NCBI GenBank assembly: GCA_045539625.1
Contig: JAZQFS010000125.1
Span: 1-62,182, forward strand
Length of the DNA stretch: 62,182 nt
Direction of reading: 5' to 3'
DNA from: Eubacteriales bacterium
Lineage (GTDB): Bacteria > Bacillota > Clostridia > Oscillospirales > CAG-382
Part shown: piece after piece, positions 38,316 to 50,492 of the stretch
Position numbering within the stretch: the stretch's first letter is position 1
How the letters are laid out: each line of letters opens with the position of its first letter
The notes under the pieces: model-generated
The model's input: the letters and a program-made list of their open reading frames with translations, nothing else
The model's database searches: none
Told to the model about the DNA's origin: nothing
Program-made: the position numbers and the translations under genes

Positions 38316-39089
38316 TTGATAGTAGAATATAAAGGCGATAAACTCAATGTAAACTTAATAGACAAGGGAGAGGGAGAGGCTGTTCTTCTTCTTCACGGCT
38401 GGGGTGCAAGGGCGGAGATTTACCACTCGGTCATAAATCCCATTGCAGGACATTACCGAGTAATTGCCCCCGATCTTCCCGGCTTTGGCGGAACAGATGA
38501 GCCGTCTTTTCCTTATGCAATTGAGGATTATGCAGGCTTTGTGTGTGAGCTTCTGAATGTGCTTGGCATTGAAAAGGTGCACCTTATGGGACACTCCCAC
38601 GGAGGAAGAACGGTGCTTGAACTGCTGACAGGCTCATACGGACTTGATGTTGGTAAGGTTGTGCTTCTTGACAGTGCGGGAATACCCCCGAAGAAGACCT
38701 TCAAAAAGACGTTAAGAATTAAAACCTATAAGCTTTTAAAGAAAATTGTGCTGCTTGCACCTGTGCGTAAAATGTTCCCGTCGGCACTTGACAGACTGCA
38801 GAAAAAATTCGGCTCTGCCGATTACGGTGCGGCGTCCTCTGTTATGCGACAGAGTATGGTAAAGGTGCTAAATACCGATTATACTCGTAAGCTCTCCGAG
38901 ATTAAAAATCCCACACTTCTCATATGGGGCGAAAACGATACCGCAACGCCTCTTTCTGACGGTCTTGTGATGGAAAAGCTTATACCCGATGCGGGACTTG
39001 TGAAAATCGGCGGAGCAGGTCATTTTTCCTTTGCCGAAAACCCCGCTCTTACCGACAGAGTTTTAAAATCATTCTTTAAAATAGGTTAG
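38316..39089 (+). CDS. Alpha/beta hydrolase
   Basis: LLHGWG, DLPGFG, GHSHGG nucleophile, WGEND, GHFSF. Confidence 0.92.
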   Translation: MIVEYKGDKLNVNLIDKGEGEAVLLLHGWGARAEIYHSVINPIAGHYRVIAPDLPGFGGTDEPSFPYAIEDYAGFVCELLNVLGIEKVHLMGHSHGGRTVLELLTGSYGLDVGKVVLLDSAGIPPKKTFKKTLRIKTYKLLKKIVLLAPVRKMFPSALDRLQKKFGSADYGAASSVMRQSMVKVLNTDYTRKLSEIKNPTLLIWGENDTATPLSDGLVMEKLIPDAGLVKIGGAGHFSFAENPALTDRVLKSFFKIG

Positions 39090-39097
39090 GAGAAAAT

Positions 39098-40639
39098 ATG
39101 CTTATAAACATTTTGTACACAGCCTCCTGCGCCGTGGTATTTGCTCTTGCAAGTATTTACTATATACATATGTTTCAGCTTAACGGCTACCACCGAGACG
39201 GACATATGAAGTGGTTCTTTGATACCTTGGGTGTCAGTGCCGCAAAGCTTACACCTGCTTTTATTGCACTTGTCCTTTCTGCAATACCCTTTGATATCTG
39301 CAAAGCGGCTGCAGTTGTGCTTAACATTATCGGAATATTTTTCCTGCTTCCCGAAAGAGGAGCAAAAAAGCCTCTTGTTTTCACTTCACGTGTGAAAAGA
39401 CTGCTTGTGACGGAAATTGTGCTGTTTACACTTATGTGCGTAATGGCAAGTATTCTGCCTTTTGTGTCGTTTCTTACAACGCTTGCCGTATTTTTGTCAA
39501 ACTTCTTTGTTCTTGCGGCGGATATTATAAACGCACCCCTTGAAAAGGCGGTAAAGCAGAAATTTATTAACGAGGCAAAGAAAATACTTGCCGAGCGTAA
39601 AAGCCTTAAGATTATCGGCATTACTGGAAGCTACGGCAAAACAAGCTGTAAAAACTATCTGTGTAAACTTCTTTCTCCCAAATATAACGTGCTTATTACA
39701 CCTGCAAGCTACAATACCCCCATGGGCGTGGTAAAGACGGTGAGAGAGCATCTTAAAAACAGCCACGAAATTTTCATATGCGAAATGGGCGCAAAGAATG
39801 TAGGGGACATAAAGGAGCTGTGTGACATTGTTCACCCCCATATGGGACTTATAACAAGCGTAGGACCTCAGCACCTTGAAAGCTTCAAGACAATTGAAAA
39901 CGTTACAAAGACAAAGTTTGAGCTTTATGATGCTGTACCCCTTGACGGCAAGGTTTACCTCAACGGCGACAACGAGTACATAAATTCCGTAAAGGTTGCA
40001 GACAACGCCGTGAAATTCGGAACTGACAAGGATACTTCTGCGTGCGTTGCGAAAAATATTTTGCTGTCATCTAAGGGCACTGATTTTGATATTGAGTATA
40101 ACGGCAAAACGGTGCATTTTTCAACAAAGCTTCTGGGACGTCATAATGTGCAGAATCTTGCAGGCTGTATTGCCATTGCACTTGATATGGGCGTTGAGGA
40201 AAGCGAGCTTGTGCTTGCAGTAAAACGTCTTGAAACGGTTCAGCACAGACTTCAGATAATCGACGGCGGCAGTATTACCATAATTGACGATGCCTTTAAT
40301 GCAAACCCCGGAGGTACAAAGGCGGCACTTGAGGTGCTGAGCTCCTTTGACGGCGAAAAGATAATAGTCACACCGGGTATGATTGAGCTTGGCGATAAGC
40401 AAAAGCAGCTCAATATGGAATTTGGTATAAACTGCGCTTCTGTCTGCGATTATATCCTGCTTGTTGGCGGCAGAATTGCCGATGAGGTTTACGAAGGCGT
40501 AATGACCACGTCTTTTGATAAAGAAAAGCTGCTTAGATTTGATAAGGTTGAAGAAGCTGTTGCTTTTGCAAGAGCTTTGCACAGCGAAAAACGCAAGTAC
40601 GTGCTTCTTGAAAACGACCTTCCCGATAATTATAAGTAA
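39098..40639 (+). CDS. murF: MurF-like ligase with N-terminal membrane segments
   Basis: GITGSYGKTS, SYNTPMG, CEMGA, IIDDAFNANP; about 4 N-terminal hydrophobic helices. Confidence 0.85.
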   Translation: MLINILYTASCAVVFALASIYYIHMFQLNGYHRDGHMKWFFDTLGVSAAKLTPAFIALVLSAIPFDICKAAAVVLNIIGIFFLLPERGAKKPLVFTSRVKRLLVTEIVLFTLMCVMASILPFVSFLTTLAVFLSNFFVLAADIINAPLEKAVKQKFINEAKKILAERKSLKIIGITGSYGKTSCKNYLCKLLSPKYNVLITPASYNTPMGVVKTVREHLKNSHEIFICEMGAKNVGDIKELCDIVHPHMGLITSVGPQHLESFKTIENVTKTKFELYDAVPLDGKVYLNGDNEYINSVKVADNAVKFGTDKDTSACVAKNILLSSKGTDFDIEYNGKTVHFSTKLLGRHNVQNLAGCIAIALDMGVEESELVLAVKRLETVQHRLQIIDGGSITIIDDAFNANPGGTKAALEVLSSFDGEKIIVTPGMIELGDKQKQLNMEFGINCASVCDYILLVGGRIADEVYEGVMTTSFDKEKLLRFDKVEEAVAFARALHSEKRKYVLLENDLPDNYK

Positions 40640-40665
40640 TAAGGTGCGAAAGGAAGAACTGTAAT

Positions 40666-41895
40666 ATGTCAGATAAAATAAGAGTAGGCGTGTTTTTCGG
40701 CGGAAAAAGCGTTGAGCACGAGGTTTCGGTAATATCGGGACTTCAGGCGGTTTATGCCATGGATACCGAAAAGTACGAGCCTGTGCCCGTTTACATAAGC
40801 AAGAACGGAAGTATGTATGCAGGCGGAAACGTGGGCGAAATAGAGGCGTACAAGGATATAAAAAAGCTGGTGTCCGAAAGCGTAAGAGTAAATCTTATAA
40901 AGGACGGCACTTGCTTCAGCCTTGTAAGATATCCTGCAAAGAAATTCGGCAGCAACATTGTTGACACAATAGAGGTTGCACTTCCCGTTGTTCACGGCAC
41001 AAATGTTGAGGACGGTACTCTTCAGGGATATTTGCACGCAATCGGTATTCCATATGCGGGCTGTGATGTATTTGCAAGTGCGGTTTGTATGGATAAGGAA
41101 GCCTCAAAGCTTATTATGAAGGCTAAGGGAATACCTGTTCTTGACTGCGTGACGATTAACTGCAAGCAGTATTCTGCCGAAGAAAACGAAACTCTGTCAC
41201 TTATTGAAGAAAAGACAACATATCCCGTTATAGTAAAGCCTGTAAATTTAGGCTCAAGCGTTGGTATCAAGAAGGCGAAGGACAGAGAAGCGCTTGTAAC
41301 GGCTCTTGAATATGCCTTTGAATACTCAAATGTTGTGCTTATAGAAAATGCTGTTGAAAACCTTAAGGAAATCAACTGCTCGGTGCTTGGCGATATATAC
41401 GAGGCTGAAACCTCGGTTTGCGAAGAGCCTATAAACAACGATGAAATATTAAGCTATGCCGATAAATACTTAAGCGGCGGAAGTAAGGACTCAAAGCTTG
41501 GTGCAAAGAGCGGTGCGAAATTCTCAGGCTCAAAGGGCTCAAGCGGTATGGCTGACCTTAAGCGTAAGCTTCCTGCAGATATTTCGAGGGAGCTTGAAGA
41601 AAAGGTAAGATACTACGCTAAGGCGGCATTTCAGTCACTTGGCTGCAGCGGTGTAACACGTGTTGATTTTCTTTACAACACCGTAACCGAGGAGCTTTAC
41701 GTAAACGAGCTTAATACAATTCCCGGCTCGCTTTCCTTCTATCTTTGGGAGGCTACGGGAAAGAGCTTTGCACAGCTTCTTGACGATATGATAAAGCTTG
41801 CCTTCAAGCGTGAGCGTCAGCAGGAAGAGCTGAACTTCTCCTTTGACACAAACCTGCTTCAGGGTATTACTCTTTCAAGAGGGAACAATAAATAA
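40666..41895 (+). CDS. ddl: D-alanine--D-alanine ligase family protein
   Basis: GGKSVEHEVS, HGTNVEDG, GSSVGI, YADKY, ELNTIPGS. Confidence 0.9.
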   Translation: MSDKIRVGVFFGGKSVEHEVSVISGLQAVYAMDTEKYEPVPVYISKNGSMYAGGNVGEIEAYKDIKKLVSESVRVNLIKDGTCFSLVRYPAKKFGSNIVDTIEVALPVVHGTNVEDGTLQGYLHAIGIPYAGCDVFASAVCMDKEASKLIMKAKGIPVLDCVTINCKQYSAEENETLSLIEEKTTYPVIVKPVNLGSSVGIKKAKDREALVTALEYAFEYSNVVLIENAVENLKEINCSVLGDIYEAETSVCEEPINNDEILSYADKYLSGGSKDSKLGAKSGAKFSGSKGSSGMADLKRKLPADISRELEEKVRYYAKAAFQSLGCSGVTRVDFLYNTVTEELYVNELNTIPGSLSFYLWEATGKSFAQLLDDMIKLAFKRERQQEELNFSFDTNLLQGITLSRGNNK

Positions 41896-41909
41896 CGTAA
41901 AATGACAAA

Positions 41910-41945
41910 GGTCTGCAGCAAATGATTGTTGCAGACCCTGTTTTT
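41910..41945 (+). terminator. Intrinsic terminator after ddl
   Basis: ggtctgcagcaa/ttgttgcagacc + T run. Confidence 0.8.
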
Positions 41946-41964
41946 GTGTAAATAGATATTTTTC

Positions 41965-41991
41965 GTAGGGGTCGATGCCCACATCGACCCG
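41965..41991 (+). repeat. GTAG-type REP-like palindrome
   Basis: GTAG followed by perfect 9-bp stem gggtcgatg-ccca-catcgaccc. Confidence 0.55.
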
Positions 41992-42006
41992 TTAATTTTT
42001 GCTTTG

Positions 42007-43005
42007 TTATTCAAGAAAACCCTTTGCCTTTTCCAAGAATAATTCTTTTGCCTTTTGTGCACTGTCGGCAAATACCGTACAGCCTGCCGCTTTTTTGTGA
42101 CCTCCGCCTATTCCGCAGGAGGAACAAAGAACAGAAACATCTGCTTCACTGTTGCACCTTACCGAAATCTTGTATTCGTCATCTGCTTTTTCCCTCATGT
42201 ATGCCGCAATCTGTACACCCTCAATGCCTCTGCCAAGCTGACTCACCGTTTCGGTGTCGCTTACCTTTGCACCGATATCCTCAAGCATCTGTGAGGATAG
42301 ATAAATAAAGGAAATTCTGCCGTCTTCGTAAAACTCAATGCTCTTGTATGCAAGACTTTCAACCGCAATCTGAACAGAGGATTTAAGGTCAAAAAGACGG
42401 TAGTTTATATCACGGCTGTCTGCGTTCTTTTCTATAAGACAAGCGGCAATTCGGTGGGTTTCGGGCGTTGTGTTGCCGTATTTGAAGCAGCCTGTGTCGG
42501 AGCTTATTGCACCGAAAACAGAGCAGGCAACATTTTGGTCAAACAGACTTTCGTCGGTAATTTCTTCAAGCTGGCAGATGATTTTGTATACAATCTCTCC
42601 TGCCGCCGAGGCGGTGCTTTCAACGTAACTTTTTTTTGCAGTGACCGTGTTTATTTCGTGATGGTCAATGGCAAAAGCGTTGTTTGCCTGAAAAACGTCA
42701 GCAAGGTCGCCCAGAAGGTGGTCGGAGGCCACATCTACCGTAATGTAGGTGCTCTTTTCGTCCTTGATTTTTTCGTAGCCGTCACGGGTTTCCAGTACCT
42801 CGACGTCGGAATAGTTAAGAAAATGAAGCCTTTTCGGAATAGGGTTGGGAGAAAGAATTTTACACTTTTTTCCAAGCTTTGACAGTGACGCCGAAAGACC
42901 GCACGCCGAGCCGAAGCAGTCACCGTCGGGATTTGCGTGTATGCCTATAACGTAATTGTCCTTTTCAAGCAAAAAACGGGATACGCTGAAAATACTTTCG
43001 TTCAT
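42007..43005 (-). CDS. DHH/DHHA1 phosphoesterase (NrnA-like)
   Basis: HANPDGD, IDHH, SDTGCFKY, GGGHKKAAG. Confidence 0.9.
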   Translation of the reverse strand: MNESIFSVSRFLLEKDNYVIGIHANPDGDCFGSACGLSASLSKLGKKCKILSPNPIPKRLHFLNYSDVEVLETRDGYEKIKDEKSTYITVDVASDHLLGDLADVFQANNAFAIDHHEINTVTAKKSYVESTASAAGEIVYKIICQLEEITDESLFDQNVACSVFGAISSDTGCFKYGNTTPETHRIAACLIEKNADSRDINYRLFDLKSSVQIAVESLAYKSIEFYEDGRISFIYLSSQMLEDIGAKVSDTETVSQLGRGIEGVQIAAYMREKADDEYKISVRCNSEADVSVLCSSCGIGGGHKKAAGCTVFADSAQKAKELFLEKAKGFLE

Positions 43006-43653
43006 TTACATTAACTCCTTGTAGCTTCTTATATGATATTCGCAGTGCTCTTTAATTTCCTTTGTTATGATGGAGGAACGGAATCCGTCGTGTACAATTG
43101 CGTACCTGAAGCCGTGTGCTTTGAGGGTGTTCAGTGCATAATATGCATCTTCAAATATCAGCGTATCTTCCTTGTTTGCTCCGATAAGCTCCATGGCTTT
43201 GAGGTAAACGTCGGGGTGATATTTGTTTTTGCCCACTTCGCTTGTTGACACAAAAGCATCGACGGCACCAAGCAATCCCGTTCTGTCAAGACATTTGCGG
43301 CAGTATTCAATGGAAGTGGCTGTGGCAATTGCCGTTTTTACACCGTTTTTTCTAAGCATTGCCAGATAATCCATGGCACCGTCAACGGGGGCGATGGGAG
43401 TACTGTCATAATGGGCATTCATCAAAACGTGCATATATTCATGAGCTTTTTTTACGTCGAAATCCTTGCCTGAAAGCAGACGGGCTCTGTTCTCCATTTC
43501 TTCAAGCGTTTTGTATGTGATTTTAGACTCCTCTTCGCTTAACAGGTCTATACCGCATATTTCACCGAGAGCCTGCCTTTCGCATAAGTCCCAGTAGTAC
43601 ATGGAATCAAGAAGTGTTCCGTCCATATCGAACACGGCATATTTAAAATTCAT
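43006..43653 (-). CDS. HAD-family phosphatase
   Basis: FDMDGTLLDS, IFED. Confidence 0.88.
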   Translation of the reverse strand: MNFKYAVFDMDGTLLDSMYYWDLCERQALGEICGIDLLSEEESKITYKTLEEMENRARLLSGKDFDVKKAHEYMHVLMNAHYDSTPIAPVDGAMDYLAMLRKNGVKTAIATATSIEYCRKCLDRTGLLGAVDAFVSTSEVGKNKYHPDVYLKAMELIGANKEDTLIFEDAYYALNTLKAHGFRYAIVHDGFRSSIITKEIKEHCEYHIRSYKELM

Positions 43654-43662
43654 AGTCTTCTC

Positions 43663-44178
43663 CTAAATCCTTTTATTAAGCTTCGGTCTGATTTTTTTGA
43701 TGTATATAAAGGCGAAAACGTCAAGTGCGTAGTCAAAGCACAAAAAGAATACGTTTGCCGTTACAATAAGCACGATGTACATTGTGTACGGCTCGTTCTG
43801 AAGTGCAAATACCGCCTTGAATACAAGATACAACAGCACCATTGAAATATTAAAAACACCAAAGCATATAAGCTTTGAAAATATCTTTTTCATCTTACGA
43901 AGTCGGTAACGCAGAATGGGGTAATATCCGAAAAACGCCGCATAATAAAGACTTGCGCTTGACAGGGGTATGAGTATAAGCGACAGAACGCTTGACGTAA
44001 GATATATGAGAAAGGGATACTTGCCCTTTATTTCAATCATTGAAATGTATACTGCAAGAGCACCGAAGGCGGCACAGGACAGGTCAAGCAGCTCAAAAAG
44101 ACTGCCCGCAATTATAAGTGCCACGGTAAGTCCGCTGAAAATTGACGAAAGCGTGATTTTTCTTATTTCCTTTGACAC
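43663..44178 (-). CDS. Hypothetical membrane protein
   Basis: About 5 TM segments, FFGYYPIL; SD GGAGG. Confidence 0.8.
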   Translation of the reverse strand: MSKEIRKITLSSIFSGLTVALIIAGSLFELLDLSCAAFGALAVYISMIEIKGKYPFLIYLTSSVLSLILIPLSSASLYYAAFFGYYPILRYRLRKMKKIFSKLICFGVFNISMVLLYLVFKAVFALQNEPYTMYIVLIVTANVFFLCFDYALDVFAFIYIKKIRPKLNKRI

Positions 44179-44344
44179 TCCGATACGCCTCCTTTACCTA
44201 CAAGATTATAACCTCTAATAGTTAAAATTTCTACCCGATTTTAAGTATAAAAGGTATAGTTTACAATCTGTTAATCAAAATGTTTTGCTTTAGCTTTGCA
44301 AAAAACGGTTATGTGTGATATTATGTTACAAAGGTGGTATTAAA

Positions 44345-44809
44345 ATGAAAAAAACAGGACTTTTTTTATCGGCTCTCGTAAGAAGACTTACGCTGTGCTT
44401 TACACTTATTGTAATGACATTTACAGCCGTTGGAATAATAGCAAATGTTGAAGGAATGGGTAAAGGTCTTGCTGTGGGACAGCTTATGGACTTCTTTGTG
44501 TTCTCCCTTCTTTTTGCAATTTCATTCGGTATTGCGGATTTTGTAAAAAATAATGTAATTATCCGCAGAGCACTTCAGTTTGTGCTTTCACTTGCAAGTC
44601 TTATTGCCGTATTTCTTACAGGCGACAGCTTTAAAAGCTATCTTGCCGAAATGCAGAATCCGCTTTTCAGCATTGTTGCAATAACCCTGTTCTTTGTTGT
44701 GGTGTACACGGCAATTGCTCTTGTTGTACTTGTCTTCGGTTACATAAGAAATAAAATTACAAACTCAGACAAGGAATACGAGAATATGTTTGAGGGCTCA
44801 AAGCAGTAA
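44345..44809 (+). CDS. Hypothetical membrane protein
   Basis: Four TM segments; SD AAGGTGG before ATG 44345. Confidence 0.75.
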   Translation: MKKTGLFLSALVRRLTLCFTLIVMTFTAVGIIANVEGMGKGLAVGQLMDFFVFSLLFAISFGIADFVKNNVIIRRALQFVLSLASLIAVFLTGDSFKSYLAEMQNPLFSIVAITLFFVVVYTAIALVVLVFGYIRNKITNSDKEYENMFEGSKQ

Positions 44810-44819
44810 AAATCACACA

Positions 44820-44856
44820 AGCTGTCCGTTTGATTTACAGCGGACGGCTGTTTTTG
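44820..44856 (+). terminator. Terminator-like hairpin
   Basis: agctgtccgtt/gcggacggct + T run. Confidence 0.6.
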
Positions 44857-44881
44857 TTATTTTGTATAAGAGAGGTAAAAT

Positions 44882-46012
44882 ATGAGCGCACAGTTTAACT
44901 ACGTTGCAACCTGTCTTTTCGGACTTGAAAGGCTGGTGGGAGAGGAGATAGATGCTCTCGGCTATAAGAGAACGGAAACCATCGACGGCAGAGTGTATTT
45001 TTCGGGCACCCCCGATGCAGTTGCAAGGTGCAACATAAATTTCAGAACGGCAGAGCGTGTGTTTATCGAGCTTGCTTCCTTCAAAGCCGAGACCTTTACT
45101 CAGCTTTTCGATAATGTTGCAAAGATACCGTGGGAGCTGATTATTGGCAAGGACGATGCTTTTCCCGTTAAGGGACACTCCATAAAATCAACACTTCATT
45201 CGGTGCCCGATTGCCAGAGCATAATAAAAAAGGCGGTAGTAAAAAGACTTTCTCAAAAGTACGGCGTGGAATGGTTTGAGGAAACGGGAGTTACTTATCA
45301 GATTGAGTTTTTCATACTTAACGATAAGGTGTCAATAATGCTTGATACCAGCGGAAATCCCCTTCATAAAAGAGGCTATAGACCGTCAAGCGGTGCGGCA
45401 CCTTTGCGTGAAACACTTGCGGCGGCTCTTGTTCTTCTTTCAAGACCGAGAGAGAATGTCCGCCTTTGGGATCCTTTCTGCGGCTCGGGAACAATTGCAA
45501 TTGAGGCTGCTCTCATTATGACAAACACAGCACCCGGTATGGGCAGAAAATTTGCGGCTGAAAAGTATGCTTTTCTTCCAAAAAAAATCTGGGACGAGGC
45601 AAGAGAGGAAGCAAAGAATAACGTTAAGGAAACGGAATTTCGTGCCTTTGCATCTGATATTGACGATGAAGTGCTGTCTGTAGCAAAAGGAAACATCAGA
45701 CGGGCAGGTATGGAAAAGTATATTAAGCTTTTCAAAAAGGACGCAAAAACAATCGAAAAGGACGGTGTGAGAACAACCATCGTTTGCAATCCGCCTTACG
45801 GTGAAAGACTTGATACCGTAAAAGAGGCAAGAGAGCTGTACAAGAAAATGGGAAAGTGCTTTTCAAAGCTTGCACCGTGGCAGATTTATGTAATTACCAG
45901 CGAGGAAGAATTTGAAAAGCTGTACGGAAAACGTGCCGATAAGGTGAGAAAGCTTTATAACGGTATGATAAAGTGTGATTATTATCAGTTCTTCAAAAAC
46001 AATGACCGTTGA
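44882..46012 (+). CDS. THUMP-domain rRNA methyltransferase (RlmL/YpsC-like)
   Basis: LHKRGYR, APLRETLAA, DPFCGSGT, NPPYGER. Confidence 0.92.
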   Translation: MSAQFNYVATCLFGLERLVGEEIDALGYKRTETIDGRVYFSGTPDAVARCNINFRTAERVFIELASFKAETFTQLFDNVAKIPWELIIGKDDAFPVKGHSIKSTLHSVPDCQSIIKKAVVKRLSQKYGVEWFEETGVTYQIEFFILNDKVSIMLDTSGNPLHKRGYRPSSGAAPLRETLAAALVLLSRPRENVRLWDPFCGSGTIAIEAALIMTNTAPGMGRKFAAEKYAFLPKKIWDEAREEAKNNVKETEFRAFASDIDDEVLSVAKGNIRRAGMEKYIKLFKKDAKTIEKDGVRTTIVCNPPYGERLDTVKEARELYKKMGKCFSKLAPWQIYVITSEEEFEKLYGKRADKVRKLYNGMIKCDYYQFFKNNDR

Positions 46013-46094
46013 GGAATAATTTTTTTTGTTTGATGAAGTTAACGGATATTAGTTGAAATATTTGTTAATATTATGTAAAAAACAGGCAAAAGCC

Positions 46095-46123
46095 TTGATT
46101 TTTAAAACTACGGGGTATAAAAT
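46095..46123 (+). promoter_or_regulatory. sigmaA promoter of groESL
   Basis: TTGATT-17 bp-TAAAAT. Confidence 0.7.
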
Positions 46124-46134
46124 ATCTCTTGTAT

Positions 46135-46161
46135 TTAGCACTCAGGACTTCCGAGTGCTAA
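46135..46161 (+). promoter_or_regulatory. CIRCE element (HrcA operator)
   Basis: Perfect TTAGCACTC-N9-GAGTGCTAA. Confidence 0.98.
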
Positions 46162-46175
46162 CCTAAAAATCGTAA

Positions 46176-46481
<306 letters not shown>

Positions 46482-46510
46482 TTGCATTTATTGATTTTTG
46501 GAGGTAATGA

Positions 46511-48133
<1,623 letters not shown>

Positions 48134-48148
48134 TCAGATATATAATTT

Positions 48149-48183
48149 GAGGCTGTCTCACAAAATGAGACAGCTTCTTTTTT
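48149..48183 (+). terminator. Intrinsic terminator after groEL
   Basis: gaggctgtctca/tgagacagcttc + T6. Confidence 0.85.
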
Positions 48184-48304
48184 GCATCAGACGTTAAGTG
48201 GTTAAATCTTTATATTTTTTTGTGTGTATTTGTATTGAAAAAAGCAAAAGCTTGTGTTATACTTTAACGTATAAACAGAGCAAACGAATTTAAGGTGATA
48301 TATA

Positions 48305-49099
48305 ATGAATTACAATCTTCATACCCATACCTACAGATGCCACCACGCTTCAGAGACGCCCGAAGAGTATGTACTGCGTGCCATAGAGTGTGGTGTAAAA
48401 TACTTTGGCTTTTCAGACCACGTGCCGTTAAAATTTCATGACGGAACACAGTCGGGACACAGAGTTTACGTTGAAGAAGCCAAAGCATACTGTGACGAAA
48501 TCAAGGCTCTTGCCGAAAAGTACAGTGATAAAATTGAAATTCACGTTGGCTTTGAAGCAGAGTTTTACGCCGAATATATTGATGATATGATTAACAATGT
48601 CATTGACTGGGGAGCAGAGTACCTGATACTCGGTCCTCACTTTACAGCACCCGAAAATGAGCCCGGAAATCAACATTCCATAAAAGATACAGACTCGCCC
48701 GTTGCACTTAAAAAGTTTGTCAATATGGTAATATCGGGTATGTCGGAGGGAGTTTTCACCTATGTTGCCCACCCCGATATGTTCAATTTTCAGGGAGACG
48801 AGGCGGTATATGAGCGTGAAATAACCCGTCTTTGTCAGTCGGGAAAAAACTACAATATGCCTTTTGAGCTTAATTTTCTCGGCATACGTGACAGACGTGT
48901 TTACCCAAATGAGAAGTTCTGGGAAATTGCAGGACGGTGCGGAGTTCCCGTAACCTTCGGCTTTGATTCTCACGATGCCATGGCGGCATATGATGGTCAG
49001 TCGCTTGTGAAAGCACTTGATATGGTTGAAAAATTTAAGCTCAACTACATCGGCAGAGCACCGCTTGTTAAGCGTGAAAAGCGGAATTATTGCCGATAA
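48305..49099 (+). CDS. PHP-family phosphatase (HisJ/HisK histidinol-phosphatase-like)
   Basis: HTHT, SDH, AHPD, DSH; upstream TTGAAA-17-TATACT promoter. Confidence 0.88.
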   Translation: MNYNLHTHTYRCHHASETPEEYVLRAIECGVKYFGFSDHVPLKFHDGTQSGHRVYVEEAKAYCDEIKALAEKYSDKIEIHVGFEAEFYAEYIDDMINNVIDWGAEYLILGPHFTAPENEPGNQHSIKDTDSPVALKKFVNMVISGMSEGVFTYVAHPDMFNFQGDEAVYEREITRLCQSGKNYNMPFELNFLGIRDRRVYPNEKFWEIAGRCGVPVTFGFDSHDAMAAYDGQSLVKALDMVEKFKLNYIGRAPLVKREKRNYCR

Positions 49100-49142
49100 G
49101 ACGAGTGTGATAACATAGTAGTTTATAATTTAGGAGGAAGTT

Positions 49143-50474
49143 ATGGAAAAGCTTCTTTTGGCTGCCGACAAAAACAGACAGCTTATACTTGATACCGAAC
49201 GCTATATCTGGTGTCACCCCGAAACGGGATATAAGGAATTTGAAACCAACAAATATATGGCGGACACCTTCAGAAGTCTTGGCTATGATATAGTTGAAGC
49301 CGAGGGGATAACAGGCTTTTATACTGTTGTGGATACAGGCAGAGAAGGTCCCGAGGTTTTAATCTTGGGTGAGCTTGACTCTGTTGTCTGTGCCGAGCAC
49401 CCCGATGCCAACCCCGAAACGGGAGCTGTTCATGCCTGCGGTCATAACGCACAGTGTGCTGCACTTGTGGGAATTGCGGCGGCTTTGAAGGAAGAAGGGG
49501 CACTTGAAGGCCTTTGCGGACGTATAAGACTCTGTGCCGTTCCTGCAGAGGAGCTTCTTGAAATTGAGTACAGAACAAAGCTCAAGGAAGAAGGCAAGAT
49601 AAAGTATTTCGGCGGAAAAAGCGAGTTTTTGCACAGAGGATATTTTGACGGCGTTGACATTGCATTTATGGTGCACACTGCCGATATTTTCTACGTTAAC
49701 GCAGGGTATATAGGCTGTATTGCAAAGAAAATTACATATAAGGGTGTGTCTGCTCATGCAGGCGGTGCACCTTGGGCGGGTGTAAATGCACTGTATGCCG
49801 CAAACTGCGGAATAAATGCTGCAAATGCTCTTCGTGAAACCTTTAAGGAAAAGGACATTATAAGATTTCACCCCATAATTACAAGCGGCGGATATATTGT
49901 CAATGCCATTCCCGAAAGATGTGTCATTGAAAGCTATGTGAGAGGCAAGAGCTTTGAGGCGATTGTTGATGCAAATACAAGAATCAACAGAGCACTTTGC
50001 GGTGCGGCACTGTCACTTGGAGCAAATGTTGACATTGACGATACACCCGGCTATGCGCCCATGGTTAATGATGAAGGTATGATTAAACTTTGTATTGATG
50101 CTGCCGGCATGGCAATACCTCACCGAAAATTTACTGTCAGCGACTCATATTCATCGGGAAGCACCGATATGGGCGACCTTTCCTGTATTATGCCTATAGT
50201 TCACCCTCATGCAGGAGGACAGACGGGTACGGGACACGGAAGTAATTTCTGTATTGCAGATGCTGAGGCGGCGTGTGTTGACAGTGCCAAAATGCAGCTT
50301 GGTATGCTGTATTTACTGCTGTCAGACGGTGCAAAACGTGCAAAGGAAATACTTAAAAACTTTAAGCCGAGATTTGCTTCCAAGAAGGAATATCTTGACT
50401 ATGTTGACTCCCTTAATTCGCAAGGGGACAGAATTAACTATAACGGCGATACTGTAACGGTAAATGTAAAGTAA
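49143..50474 (+). CDS. M20-family amidohydrolase
   Basis: HPETGYKE, ELD, HACGH, PAEE, GSTDMGD. Confidence 0.9.
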   Translation: MEKLLLAADKNRQLILDTERYIWCHPETGYKEFETNKYMADTFRSLGYDIVEAEGITGFYTVVDTGREGPEVLILGELDSVVCAEHPDANPETGAVHACGHNAQCAALVGIAAALKEEGALEGLCGRIRLCAVPAEELLEIEYRTKLKEEGKIKYFGGKSEFLHRGYFDGVDIAFMVHTADIFYVNAGYIGCIAKKITYKGVSAHAGGAPWAGVNALYAANCGINAANALRETFKEKDIIRFHPIITSGGYIVNAIPERCVIESYVRGKSFEAIVDANTRINRALCGAALSLGANVDIDDTPGYAPMVNDEGMIKLCIDAAGMAIPHRKFTVSDSYSSGSTDMGDLSCIMPIVHPHAGGQTGTGHGSNFCIADAEAACVDSAKMQLGMLYLLLSDGAKRAKEILKNFKPRFASKKEYLDYVDSLNSQGDRINYNGDTVTVNVK

Positions 50475-50492
50475 AGAAAAGGAGAATTGACG

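Noticed and set aside
40666-41895. van-type resistance cluster
   Set aside because: No VanH, VanX or VanRS genes, and the omega-loop Tyr is retained.
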